NCBI RefSeq assembly: GCF_006345805.1
Contig: NC_043000.1
Span: 40,548,001 to 40,612,000 of the forward strand
DNA length: 64,000 nt
Origin: Octopus sinensis
Taxonomy: Eukaryota
Direction of reading: 5' to 3'
In this document: one piece after another, positions 39,780 to 52,844 of the stretch
Position numbering within the stretch: position 1 is the first letter of the stretch
Layout: each line of letters begins with the position of its first letter
Notes under the pieces: model-generated
The model's input: only the letters and a program-made list of their open reading frames with translations
The model's database searches: none
Told to the model about the DNA's origin: nothing
Position numbers and translations under genes: made by a program

Positions 39780-41100
39780 CATGACTACCGAAGAGATCGA
39801 GCCTCTCAGGCCTGCTGGCCATCTCGTACATGGACCAGCTCAAACGTACGGCGCTTAACACCTACCACTCATGCGTCTTCTTCTGTAGGTACGGCGACAA
39901 CATCCTAACGCTTGCCCCTCCCGAGAAGAAGCGAACACCATACATGAAAAATTCAACAACGTTAACAGTCACATAAAATTCGTGATTGAACACCCAGAGG
40001 ATTCCAGGACCCCCTATCTACTGGATTTCTAAATCAGGATCAAAGAGGAGGGTTGCATCTACACGAATTTTAATTTTAAATTTGGCCAGTAAAATTCTGT
40101 TCGTGCATTACGATTCGACCCTGCCCACCAGATCCAAAGCTGCATACATACAAAATGAGATAACACGCATAAGAGTGAGATGTAGTGAAGTGACCAACAA
40201 ATCCACCAACACCAAGCAATTACTCACGAACTTAGCGCACAACGGCTATCTGCCATCTGTAGCTAAACGATTGCATCCACGAAGCGCAAAAGCGGGTAAA
40301 CAACACAAGAAACCCCATAGCATCGGGTCAGAAAAGTGATTTCTTAGACTTCCTTACTTCGACGACAGAACAACAACAGCTATCCAACATGCCATCCGCA
40401 AGCAGGGACTTAACATACAGTTTGTACACACCGGCCTATCTCTGAGGAAGGTTCTGTCGAGGAAAATACCACAGAAAGCATCGTGGGAATGCGTACTCAT
40501 CAACTGCCCCATCAACGACATCAAAATATGTTCGATGGCCTATATAGTATACTAGGAAGGTTGAAATAAATGTAGAGCATCCTACATAGGGAGGACCACT
40601 AGGAAACTACATATCCGTATGAAGGAGCATATGCGACAGACACTTCGATAAAGAAACACATCAAGAAGTGCCAAACTCGGAACTTCAAAATTTCCATCAA
40701 GGCAATCCAACGCACAGGGGCAATCTCAGAATTATGGAAGCCTTCTTTATAAACAAATTGAAACCAGTCATTAATGACAGGAAAGAACTACACGAAGCAG
40801 ACTGGTTGCTATAGCAACAGTAGTCCACGTGTGTCACCTTCCTCCTTCCTCCAGTGACTCCCCCCCTCCCACATCTGAGCAACAAAATTTTTTTCCAGCC
40901 ACCGCTTTTCCGAATGTCCTGAAGAAGGAGTCTTCACCCCAAATGTAGAAATACAGGATAAAACCGAACTTTGTTCTGTTGTCTTGTTTACTTCGTACCT
41001 TCTCGCATTGTTCCAGCTTTAGAACACCTCTACATTCTTTTATATATTTATGTGGAAGGTGACATGCACGGACTATTGAAACTCGGAATACCATTTTATG
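39780..41100 (+). mobile_element. 5'-truncated Penelope element: RT C-half, GIY-YIG endonuclease and pLTR
   Basis: SGLLAISYMD; FFCRYGDNIL; FNNVNSHIKFVIE; LRLPYFDD; YIGRTTRKLHIRMKEH (~40580); RIMEAFFINKLKPVINDRKE; non-coding tail from ~40800. Confidence 0.9.
40913..40951 (+). ncRNA. Degenerate hammerhead in the Penelope pLTR
   Basis: ATGTC-CTGAAGA-A-GGAGT/CTTC/ACCCC-AAA-TG-TA-GAAAT. Stem I 4/5; G12 lost; CG to TG in stem III. Confidence 0.45.
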
Positions 41101-41745
41101 ACAACAATTTACTATACATCCTGATATTGTAATAATTAATTAAACGACGGAAATAGTTTAACACAAATTTAAATGTTGAAGTGAATCTAACGTCTTTTTG
41201 CTTTTGAGCGTGTGTGTGTGTGTGTTCTTAAATGGCTTACAAACATCTTCCACGCTGCAATTTTCTTTGAAAACTAAATGTTGAAGTGAATCTAACGGTT
41301 TTTTTTCCTTGAATAGCTAACAAATATCTTCGAAGCTGCACTTGCTATACATTCATATATATATATATACACATATAATGTAAAGAAACCACAAAAACCC
41401 TTATGAAAAAAAGCAACTCAGTGTTTCGTAGATGAAATACATATCACATCAACTTCAACATAAAAAAAAAACTGTTGTTTTATGTATATCGAAAAATGCC
41501 ATTTTTTTCTTTTTTTCTTTTGAAAAAACTTCTTCAGATTCCTACGTTTTAGATGTCGAAGATTGCGAATATGTATAAAAAAAAAAACACCTTCTCAAAT
41601 TCCATTTAAAATTTTGTACTTTTTTCGAATTTTTTTTAAACCGCTTTTTCCAAATCTGAAATCCCTACCTCAACCTGTCCCAAATTTTAAATTTTTCAAA
41701 TTTCACCCCAATTTGAATTATTGTAAGTTTTAGTTGTTTAATTGT

Positions 41746-41843
<98 letters not shown>

Positions 41844-41853
41844 TATATATTAT

Positions 41854-42194
41854 ACTAGCAGTATCGCCCAGCGTTGCTCGGGTTTGTTTCGACCCTTTAG
41901 ATTTGGAATTTTTGAAAAGTAAAAATTTTACATTATGTATCTTGTTATTCTCTTTAAGTGACATTGTTCTGGTTGAAATACACCGTAAAATGGTGACACA
42001 GCAGTCAAAAAATCGTAAAAAAATAGGGATTTTCATAGAAACAAAGCACATTTTTGATGTAAATAATTTTAGGTGTTAACATGGTCCGATTTCTTCTATC
42101 ATACTCTCAATTTTGGTCAACTTGCACCGCAGGGTCTCGGAGGAGATAGAGTTAGTTGAAGTCTACCAAACCTTCAGCTTTATATATATAGAGA
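41854..42194 (+). mobile_element. Helitron/Lep1/DINE-like non-autonomous element
   Basis: Starts actagcagtatcgcccagcgttgctcggg after (TA)n and ends cttcagctttatatatatagagatt; typical termini of this class. Confidence 0.6.
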
Positions 42195-42237
42195 TTATAA
42201 TATACATATATATATATATGTTATATACTTTTATTTT

Positions 42238-42425
42238 TATTCTTTTGCTTGTTTCAGTCATTTGACTACGGCCATGCTGGAGTACTGCTTTAAAGGTTTC
42301 AGTCAAAGACATAGACCCAGGACATATTCTTTGTAAGCTTAGTATTTAATATCTTTTGCCGAACTGCTAAGTAAGAATAAACGCACGGCTATCGGTTGTC
42401 AAGCAATGGGATGGGGGGGACACAG
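42238..42425 (-). mobile_element. SINE family A, 3' half
   Basis: Reverse of the family-A tail. Confidence 0.75.
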
Positions 42426-42763
42426 ACACAGAGACACATACACGTAAATATACATACATACATACGTACATACATACATACATACATACATACATACATA
42501 CATACGTACATACATACATACATACATACATACATACTACATACATACATACATACATGCATGCATTAATATGTATATATATATATATAAGAATAAACTT
42601 ACTTTGAAATGGATGCGTGGCATTCAATCATATAATAATATAAAAATATATAAATATATATATGCATACATACACACATATATGTACATACATATATTTG
42701 TATATACAAGTATATATGGACACAGGACACCACGGAAAGTAAGCAACATATACATATATACTT

Positions 42764-42795
<32 letters not shown>

Positions 42796-43241
42796 GTAGG
42801 ACGGACTTCTTTATACGTAAATGCATATACGTATATACATGCATGTACGTATGTATATGAGTGTGTGCATGTATGTGTGCGTAAGTGTTTAAATGTTTAA
42901 GCGTACGTACTCATAAATTCACATAAACACCCACGATGAGCATTGTAAAAATAGCTGAAGTATGAAATAGATATTTATCGATCTCTGTAAACCATGTTTG
43001 ATACACTGACTAACCAAAGTTGTGAATAATTGGCTTGGAATAATTTCAATGTTGTACTTGAAACAGGGTTTCTGCTGGCATTGGCACAGCACTAATAAAT
43101 GTATAAAAGAACGACTATCTATTTACTTATCCACTTGGGTTTGGTGAAGTATTTCTACTAGCTTCACCACAGCAATGATAAATGTTTTAAACGTCATCTA
43201 CCTATGTATGTATGTATGTATGTATGTATGTAGTATGTATG

Positions 43242-43272
<31 letters not shown>

Positions 43273-43558
43273 GTATCAATCTGTCTATGCGTCTATATTT
43301 CTATCTATCTAATTATCTATCTATCTATCAATCTATGTCATTATTTAGTTTTATTTCTATAAAGAAAGAGCCTGTTTCTAACCTAGATCCAAGGCTCCTT
43401 CATTGGAATTTCAACATCATCAACAGGGTATTTTTGTATGTATGTATTTATGTATGTATATACATACATGTGTGTATATGTGTAGATTTGTATGTTTTGT
43501 TTTATGTTATGTATTATCATGCATATAGTTGCTAGACATGCTCATGTATTCTCATATA

Positions 43559-44848
43559 CGAGTGGAGTTCAATAAGTAATGCCCCTGACCCATTTCCCAT
43601 AGCAGTAGAGCAATGAAACTTGGCACAGTTGTTAGACTTTAACTACATATGAACCACCCAGAGTTATGCATTTCTCCCATCGTTTGATGCAGCTCTGGAG
43701 ACCATTTTTGTAGAAGACCCCAGCTTGGTCCTCCAACCACGACGGGACTTCAGAAATCAAGGCTGCATCACCTGGGAAACGCTTTCCTTTCTAAAACAAC
43801 TTCATGACTGAGAAGAGGTGAAATCAGACGGTGCAAGGTCAGGAGAGTAGTGGGCATGGGGGAGGAGTTCATAGCCGCACGCCTGTGCTTCTGATCTGGC
43901 GACACGCGAGTTGTGGAACGGAGCGTTGTCCTGCAGGAGGAGGATGCCTTTGCTGATCTTGCCCCGCCTCTTGATTTTGATAGCTTCTCTTAATTTCCTC
44001 AAAAGTGAAGCATAATAGGCTCCTGTAATTGTGGTACCCTTTGCCAGGAAATCTGTCATCACTACTCCGTCCTGGTCCCAGAAGACTGTGAGCATGACCT
44101 TGCTAGCGGAGGGCTGCACACTTGCCTTCTTTGGAGGAGGTGAGTCACGGTGCTTCCACTGCATTGACTGGGCTTTGGTCTCTGGATCATAGTGATGGAC
44201 CCAGGTTTCATCCTGTGTAATCAGTCTTTTGAAAAATTTTGACTCTTCTTCTTGGCACATCTCCAAATTCATCCTCGAGCACTCGACACGTTCATGCTTC
44301 TGGAAAGGTGTGAGCAACCTGGGAATCCATCTGGCAGACACCTTTTGCATATGCAAATGGTCATGAATGATAGTTTCCACAGACCCGGCACTAATCTTGA
44401 CCTCATCGGCTATTTGGCGAATAGTTATGCGTCGATCTTCCAAAATGGCAGCCTCAACTTGACGGACAGATGCCTCATCAATGGCAAAAGGGGGCGACCA
44501 GATCTGGAAGCTGTTTCCACAGAGTTCCGACCATGTTTGAATTCACGATGCCAACTTTTTACAAGGTCATATGATGGGGCATCATCATCATAAGTTCCTT
44601 TCATTTCATCAAAAGTTTCTCGTGGTGTGCGTCCTTTCAAATACAAAAACCGGATCACTGCTCGACACTCAACAGGCTCCATTTCACACTTGACTCAGTT
44701 CAAACACCTGTAAAACAGACACCACAATTAGTTCAGAGCTGTAATTTGCCACTTAATTTATAGAGATATAAATAATTGCACATGCAAAATTTCAGCTAGA
44801 TCAAATAAATGCAAGTGGGTCAGAGGCATTACTATTGAACGTCCCTCG
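43559..44848 (-). mobile_element. Full-length mariner (1290 bp), DD34D transposase, disrupted
   Basis: TIRs cgagtggagttcaataagtaatgcccctgacc / ggtcagaggcattactattgaacgtccctcg; TA on both sides (43557-58, 44849-50); MEPVECRAVIRFL start at 44682; WIPRLL, ITQDETW, LQDNAP, YSPDLAPSDF. At least two frameshifts and a stop. Confidence 0.95.
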
Positions 44849-44859
44849 TATAATCAAAT

Positions 44860-45300
44860 AATAAACTTCTGGAAAAGTCTTTGAATCAGCTTTCGCCTTC
44901 CTGGTTTTGAGAAGCCTAATTTTTCAAGATTGGTATTTAGGCAGTGTATTACATATCCTATTCCCTCCCCAATAATTACAGGTATAAACCTGCGCTTATA
45001 ATCTGGATAGAGTAGCTGTAGATCCTTCAATAGTTCAGCATAGGTATTTTATTTTTCGTTGATATTTTTCGCCTTATGTTAACATCCGTTGAGCAGCTAA
45101 TTTCCACGACTGTACAGACTTGCTTTTCTCTATCACAAATTACTATATCAGGACTATTATGTTTACATTTTATTAAGGTTTTCACTGGGACATTCCAACA
45201 GTACTCCTTTTTATTATGAGTGGCTATGGCTTCTACCATACTGTAGGTTCTTAATTCTTTGGCCTCGGTGTCTATCAATTTTTTGTCTGCCACAATTTTA
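44860..45300 (-). mobile_element. R4/Dong-like LINE 3' fragment
   Basis: YCWNVPVKTLIKCKHNSPDIVICDREKQVCTVVEISC; LQLLYPDYK..FIPVIIG. Confidence 0.8.
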
Positions 45301-45317
45301 TATTTATGTATATACTA

Positions 45318-45412
<95 letters not shown>

Positions 45413-45954
45413 ACTTTCCTCTCTGGTCAATCTCTCATCAACTTCTTCAAGTATCACTTGAAGAGGAAAGTGAGAGTAGAGAGGCAAGTTTTGTCTAGTG
45501 AATGTTTTAAAAAAAGATGGGTGAATGTAGCAAGGATGGCACGTATGAATGACGAAGCCACCTTGACTATGATTCTATGAACCGTAAAAATTAATACAGA
45601 GAGTTGCTTATTTGCAAAAAAAAAAAAGAAATATAACATGAGACTTCATTGACCGAGGTTACCGTGGTCTTTTCCGTAGGCTTTTCTTTCCACGGGTAAA
45701 CCTCACCTGTTCTCCCCTTTACACTTCATATTGATATTTCTGTGATAACGATCCCTATTGATCAATTTTTTTGCTCTCCCCCCACTTTTTTTTTTTTTTT
45801 TAATTAACCCCTCCCTTTTTTTGTCCTCTTTCTTTCCTTTTACGATCCCTTTTGATCGAAAACCACCACTCCCTTTTTTTTACCCCCAAAAGAAAAGCTC
45901 TACCTTGTAATTTGTTCTATCTGTGTGCAGCCCTGTGTGGCTAATAAAGAAACA

Positions 45955-46032
<78 letters not shown>

Positions 46033-46215
46033 CCTATCTATCTATAAGCGCTTGTGTATATATATGTAGGGGGAGAATTCACAAAAAACAAAAGACGAAG
46101 ACAGGTGGTGTAGACAACAAACAGAAGTATTAGTTTAACACTCGGGAAATGAAAAAGTCTCAAAGTGTGTGTGTATACGTGTATATGTGTGAGTGTGTAT
46201 TTATAATATATGCAT

Positions 46216-46249
<34 letters not shown>

Positions 46250-46254
46250 ATGTT

Positions 46255-46450
46255 TGTGTGTCTGTTCCCCCCCCAACATCGCTTGACAACCGATGCTAGT
46301 GTGTTTACGTCCCCGTAACTTAGCTGTTAGGTAAAAAAAAACAATGGAATAAGTACTAGGCTTGCAAAGAATAAGCACTGGGGTCGATTTACTCGACTGA
46401 AGGCGGTGCTCCAGCATGACCGCAGTTAAATGACTGAAACAAATAAAAGA
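46255..46450 (+). mobile_element. SINE family A, 3' half
   Basis: catcgcttgacaaccgatg...ccagcatgaccgcagttaaatgactgaaac. Confidence 0.8.
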
Positions 46451-46498
46451 ATGTCTGTGTCTGTGTGTGTGTGTGTGTGTGTGTATACACTCACGCAT

Positions 46499-46652
46499 AT
46501 GACGGGCTTCTTTCAGTTTCCATCTACCAAATCCCCTCGCAAGGCCTTGGGTGGCCTGAGGCCGTAGTAGAAGACACTCGTCCAAGGTACTATACCATGG
46601 GATTGAAGCCGGAACCATGTAGTTGGGGAGCAAGCTTCTTACCACACATCCA
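46499..46652 (-). mobile_element. SINE family A, 5' half
   Basis: Reverse of gtgtggtaagaagcttgc...gacgagtgtcttctactac...ggaaactgaaagaagcccgtc. Confidence 0.8.
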
Positions 46653-46969
46653 CGTCTGCACTTATATCGATATATCTATCTATGTATCTACAAAGCCATC
46701 TTTACATCCATTGCACTTTAAAAACTTTCCAGCGAAACGTTTCCAGGACCTGATTGTTACCAATGCAGATCATCTCACGTTTCTTCGTATTTTGTTACAT
46801 CTCTCTATGTACTGTATTTTTCTCGTTCTTTACGCCCCTCTCATTTCCCTTCTCTTTCTACATCTCCCTCCCTCCTCTACCCCCTCTCTTTCTTTGTCTT
46901 TCTTCGTTTTCCCTTTTCCTCTCCCTACTTCTATACAGAACAAAGAAAGTTGCAGTGATGGAGGCTATC

Positions 46970-47103
46970 GTGGTGGTGGTGGTGGTGGTGGTGGTGGTGG
47001 TTGTGGTGGTGGTGGTGGTGGTGGTGGTGATGATGGCGGCGGAGGTGATGGTGGTGGTGATGGTGGTGGTTTTGGTGGTAATGATGGTGGTAATGATGAT
47101 GAA

Positions 47104-47139
<36 letters not shown>

Positions 47140-47190
47140 AGCGGTGGTAGTGGTGGTAGTGGTGGAGGTGGTGGTGGTGGTGGCAGTGCT
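46970..47190. repeat. (GGT)n/(GAT)n compound microsatellite
   Basis: Direct reading; source of the poly-G/D/V/H ORFs. Confidence 0.9.
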
Positions 47191-47894
47191 TTTTAGTGAT
47201 GGCTTTGGTAGTCATGCGAATGATAATGATAGCCAAATGAAGGCTGTCTATGATTACCAGCTTTGTCTTTTAATAGTCCTTCCCATCGGTTTGGTCGTAG
47301 TTGTTGTTGTTTTTGTCGTTTTTGTTGTTGTCCCTGTTAGTGTCACTGCTGCTACTCCTGCTGCTACTTTCCTCATTATTGTTGTCATTGTTGTTGTTTT
47401 TGTTATTTATGCTGATTTGTTTTTTGTAGCTCCTGTTGTTCTTGTTGGCATAGTAGTAGATGACGTTTTTGTCATCCTTTCTGCTAATTAATTCAGTTTT
47501 ATCGAGAATTCCGAGTGTCGACAATGAGCCATAGGAAGAGCTTATCGGATGTCAGGACGCAATAGTAATTTGTGTAATTAACATAATTACCCTAATTAGC
47601 ATTACTGTTGTCATTAACATAACTTTATCTGAATGTTTTAGCTACCATGGTATTCGTTAACTAAGAGAGGGTGAATCAGAAACGGAAGAATAATGACTGA
47701 TGCTTATTTTTAAAATTGTGATCACGTGATATATTTCACGCGTTCCTTGCATGTGTCCTAATATGCACCAATCTAACCCCGAACACCGCTTTACTCCTTT
47801 CTTGGAAATCTCCAAATTCCAGGAATCCAAAAGTATATCTATCTGAACGAAACTGTTTAACTCTGACTTTGCTGTGTATTCTATAATTAATTCA

Positions 47895-48035
47895 TCGTCA
47901 AGCTGGCAGAATCGTTACCACACCGAGCAAAATGCTTAGCAGCATTTCGTCCGTCTCTACGTTCTGAATTCAAATACTGAAGGGGTCGACTTTGCCTTCC
48001 ATCTTTCCGAGGTCGAAAAATAAGCCCTGGTACTT
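47895..48035 (+). mobile_element. SINE family B, partial
   Basis: agctggcagaatcgtta...gttctgaattcaaat...gtcgactttgccttccatctttccgaggtcg. Confidence 0.75.
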
Positions 48036-48079
48036 ATTTATTAAGATTGAAATAAGAATCAAAATCCTTTATTTGTTCA

Positions 48080-48130
<51 letters not shown>

Positions 48131-48789
48131 ATCTCTATCTATCTATCTATCTATCTCACCCATTCTCTCGCTCCCTTTTAATCATCAAGAAATGTGGACA
48201 AAACCCACCAACTGAATGAATCATCGAAAACCCAATCTGTTGTAATTCACACTGCTGTGTTAGTCCACTCATATTACTCATAAAGTCTCATCTATCAAAC
48301 AAGAATATTCGATACTTAGTTTGTACTTAATCTCAAACACTAGAGAGATCATTCCATGTTTTAATCTTTTATTTATCATTTAACATAGTTTTTCACATCT
48401 CAAATTGTCCGTGACATTAGGATTTAAATAACTCCAGCAAATAAATGGCTAGAAGTAAATGATAAGCACTTACTTCAGTGGGCGAAATGGGAGTTCTTCG
48501 ATGTATTGGCCGACCAAATTGTAGATGGGTCCCTTTCACGAAATTTAAGTAACATCCTTTTGAATCGCTAATACTGCATGAAGATTGCATCTAACTCTTC
48601 CAGAGGTATTAATTTCCCCCAACTTGGCCTGTGTTCCTGTATTCAATCAATAACAGGTGTGTATATGTATACATACATACATACATACATACATACATAC
48701 ATACATACATACATACATACATAACTGTTTAATAAAATTATAGATGTGGAAAAATCTCCGTTCTCCTGATTATTATTAACGTTTATATA

Positions 48790-49195
48790 TAAGGCGGCGA
48801 TCTGGCAGAATCGTTAGCGCACCGGGCGAAATGCGTAGCCGTATTTCGTCTGCCGTTACGTTCTGAGTTCAAACTCCGCCAAGGTCGACTTTGCCTTTCA
48901 TCCTTTCGGGGTCGATAAATTAAGTACCAGTTACGCACTGTGGTCGATGTAATCGACTTAATCCGTTTATCTGTCCTTGTTTGTCCCCTCTGTGTTTAGC
49001 TCCTTGTGGGTAGTAAAGAAATAGGTATTTATCCGTCGCTACGTTCTGAATGAATCATCGAAAACCCAAGGACGACTTTACCTTTCATCCTTTCGGGGTC
49101 AATAAAATAAGTAGCTGTTGAACACTGGGGTCGATGTAATCGACTCATCCCTTCCCCCAAAATTGCTGCCCTTGTGGCAAAATTTGAAACGATTA
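48790..49195 (+). mobile_element. SINE family B with partially duplicated body (dimer)
   Basis: Full unit, then aaataggtatt and a second body (cctttcatcctttcggggtc...ggggtcgatgtaatcgact). Confidence 0.85.
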
Positions 49196-49503
49196 TTAAT
49201 ACACACACACATACATGCACACACACACACACACTCACACACACTCTCACACTAGTCGTTTATTTGATGATGTGTCTCATGTCAGCACTGACTTACATAT
49301 ACAACACACCAGAAGCATTTTAGCTGTGTGTGTCTCATCATTTTTCAGAGATATTCCATCTAAGATTACATTATAGAATGTGTCCTTTTAAAATGACAGA
49401 GTATAATTTAAGGGAGATTTTTGGGTGCTATTTCTAGTAGGTTGAGTAGGTTTGCTTTGGTTTTTTTGCTGCTGTTCTGGTCTATATTAACATTGACCAT
49501 CCC

Positions 49504-49546
<43 letters not shown>

Positions 49547-50053
49547 CCTTTCGCTCATCCTCTTCATCCTCCCTCTCTTTTATTTTCGCTCGTCATCTTC
49601 CTCCTCCGTCTCTCATACACGCGCACGCGTACAGTGAAATATCTGCTTTGAAAGTTCAGCTGTTTTCTAAAACTATACAAACAACTGCTCTCGCCGCCTT
49701 TTTCGTTTGGATCACACGTGATTGCCTTATTAGCAGCAGTCTATTGGGTCGCCTAGGTTTTAGTCTGGATAAATGGGAATGAAACGTGGATTAAAGGATT
49801 GGAGTGTTTCATTATCGGAAAATCTGTGGACTAGACTAATGTCGGAAAGGAAGTTCATTACAGAAATAGAAAGAGAAGAAGAGGGAGGGCGGGAGGGACA
49901 TGAGGCCGTAAAAGATGAATAGAAGATATAGGGACGCCGTAGAAGATCATGCGCATCAACCCAGGGCCATACAGTCCAAGTCTCATTTATACATCGGAAA
50001 TGTTTAATGAATGTATTAGGTAGACTGAGAACGGCAGAATGGCAATAAGGTGG

Positions 50054-50215
<162 letters not shown>

Positions 50216-50705
50216 TGGAAGTTAGAGGAGGAAGGGGTGTTGTACAAAAAAGAAAAGAAATATAAATACAAAAAAAGTTAATATCAAAGAATTTCCAAGA
50301 AAACAAAAACGGATAAATACAAAAGATGAAAGAAAGAAAGAAAGAAAGTATGATGATTTTGTGAAGAGAAAGGATTAGCCTAATTTTCTGGAATATTCAT
50401 TGAGTTGCTATTTTTGATGATTGTAAAAGCCATAATCCTCCCATGTTGAGAATTTTAGCAATGAGTTAAGTTAGTGGTGTGGATACATGCGGGGAAAAGA
50501 GTTTACGCTGACCCACGCAGACTCAGTTGGCAATTATTCGCATACAAAGGTGGTGGGTAGCTTTAATAAATGAACTGAGGTTATATATCATTCTTTTATT
50601 CTATAATTAGTTTCAATAAGGTCTGTGTGGTAAGAAGCTTGCTTCCCAAACACATGGTTACCGGTTCAGTCCCACGTGTGCGTATGCTCACATTTTTGTG
50701 GATGC

Positions 50706-51035
50706 CTGTATGAGCGAGTGTACTCGCGCCATGCAGCTCGCGTGTTCGTTTCTCATTTTGCCATCTGTGATTTTATTTTTGATCTTCTATATAAATGAAA
50801 ATATTTCCTCCGTCTAGCTGCTTTTCCTTCAACAAAACGGAAAGTTACATTGCGGAGCAGTCATTTTAACAAGCTGTATTTCTTTATCACCCGACGAGAT
50901 ACATCTGCACCACTGGATGCCCCTGAACCAGTTGTTGAGTGTTCCACCCACGAGCAATCGATGCTAGATGTGTCGAAACAATTGTCGTGATTAATAATAA
51001 ATTCTCGTATATTCCATCTTCCGTCTTTCATTCGC
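50706..51035 (+). mobile_element. Copy A of the HHR-bearing interspersed repeat
   Basis: Homologous to 36875-37268 (inverse orientation). Confidence 0.7.
50883..50994 (+). ncRNA. Type I hammerhead, extended stem II (core variant CCGACGA)
   Basis: TTTATCAC-CCGACGA(50891-97)-GATACATCTGCA...TGCTAGATGTGTC-GAAA(50975-78)-CAATTG-TC-GTGATTAA. Stem I 7/8; stem II 12 bp with one bulge; predicted cleavage after C50986. Confidence 0.75.
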
Positions 51036-51985
51036 TATATATGTGTGTGTTTGTGCGTGTATGTGTGTGTGTGTGTCTGTCCGTCTGTCTGTCCCTCCCA
51101 CCGCGTAACAACCTGTGCTAGTGTGTTTATGACCCCGTAATCTAGCTGTTCGGCAAAAGAAACCGATAGAATGAGTGCCAGGCATAAAAAGATATTAAGT
51201 ACTAGGGCCGATTCATTTGACTAAAAATTCAGAATGTATATATTTTTTTATGAGATAAATATCATAGTTAACCGGTTTCGCTTTTGCTAAAATATGCAAA
51301 ATATATACCCTGTGCGCATTTTCCTTCTTATATTTTTCACACACACACACACATACATAAAGGAAAAATGCATCAAGTACTAAAAAAGGTACACAGGACA
51401 GAATATAGAAGGGCCCAAATTCTTCATCAGTTATTGACCGAAATACTAATTTCATGCCTTTAACGATAAGACTGATAAACGATACAGAGAAAACAATACG
51501 GAGTGGAAGAAAGCAAACAAATGTAATTATAAACAATTGACGCAGACGGAATAAATACGACCTTTCGGTCAAACACAAGAATGAAGGGTAACACCTGGAA
51601 GATATCCTGAATGGCTATAGAAAGAGAAATAGCAAGAGAGGAGATAAATGTTGACAGGCAAGCTAAGCGTTCCGTGGTGGAAGGCAGAGAAATGAGAAAA
51701 TTAGTCACGGGTCACGTGAGGGCAGAAGATAGAAGAGAAGGAGGATGAGAGAGATGGAGAGAGAGAGAGAGAGAGAAGCAGAGAGAACAAGGAAGGAAGG
51801 AAGGGGAAGGTCAATGATTACGAATGAGAAGACAAGAGAGAGGAAGAGAGGAAGTTGGGATGCTAGAAAAGGAATATGAGGACGGGAAAGAAAGAAGATA
51901 GAATCGCAAAAAATATATATAAAACTTACTTTTAACAAAAGTCGGGATGTGTGTCGTTCAGTTACTCAATAAATGCATTAAATAC

Positions 51986-52200
51986 ACTTTTCTACTCTAG
52001 GTACAAGGCCTGAAATTTTGGGGGAAGAGGCTAGTCGATTAGATCGACTCCAGTACGCAACTGGTACTTAATTTCATTGACCCCGAAAGGATGAAATGCA
52101 AAGTCGACCTCGTCGGAATTTGAACTCAGAACGTAAAGACAAACGAAATACCGCTAAGCATTTCACCCGGCGTGCCAACGTTTCTGCCAGCTCACCGCCT
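51986..52200 (-). mobile_element. SINE family B with 16-bp TSD
   Basis: TSD taaatgcattaaatac at 51970-51985 and 52201-52216. Confidence 0.9.
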
Positions 52201-52332
52201 TAAATGCATTAAATACTAAAAAACGTACTCATAGGACAGACACAGAAGGACCTTAATTCTTCATCAGTAACTAACCGAAATACTAATACTCAGTTTCATG
52301 CCTTTAACGATAAGACCGAGAACTTCGCATAT

Positions 52333-52525
52333 CTGTTTCTTTATTACCCACAAGGGGCTAAACATAGGGGGGACAAACAAGGACAGACAAACGAATTAAG
52401 TCGATTATATCGATCCTAGTGCGTAACTGGTACTTAATTTATCGACCCCGAAAGGATGAAAGGCAAAGTCGACATCGGCGGAATTTGAACTCAGAACGTA
52501 GCGGCAGACGAAATACGGCTACGCA
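52333..52525 (-). mobile_element. SINE family B body
   Basis: Reverse family-B unit including the cccacaaggggctaaac tail. Confidence 0.85.
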
Positions 52526-52730
52526 TTTTTTTTTTTAGTATTTAATGCATTTTTCATCTATTGTGTAACTGAACGCCACGCATCCCAACTTTTGTTTTAC
52601 ATACATACATACATGCACACAGACACACACATAAAGACACACATATATAAATATGCGATGCCTTGGACAAATATCTTCTACAATTGACCAAGGGCTAAGA
52701 GGAAAAGACAGAAAGTGTGATGAAGCCCAT

Positions 52731-52771
<41 letters not shown>

Positions 52772-52844
52772 TGTGTGTGTGTTTGTGTGTGTGTTTGTGC
52801 GTGTATGCGTGTGTGCTGGTGCGCATGTGTGGCTTTGTGTAAAC

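Noticed and set aside
51415-52290. cttcatcag and ccgaaa motifs in the local repeat
   Set aside because: The two half-cores lie on opposite strands and stem I does not form, so no hammerhead topology.
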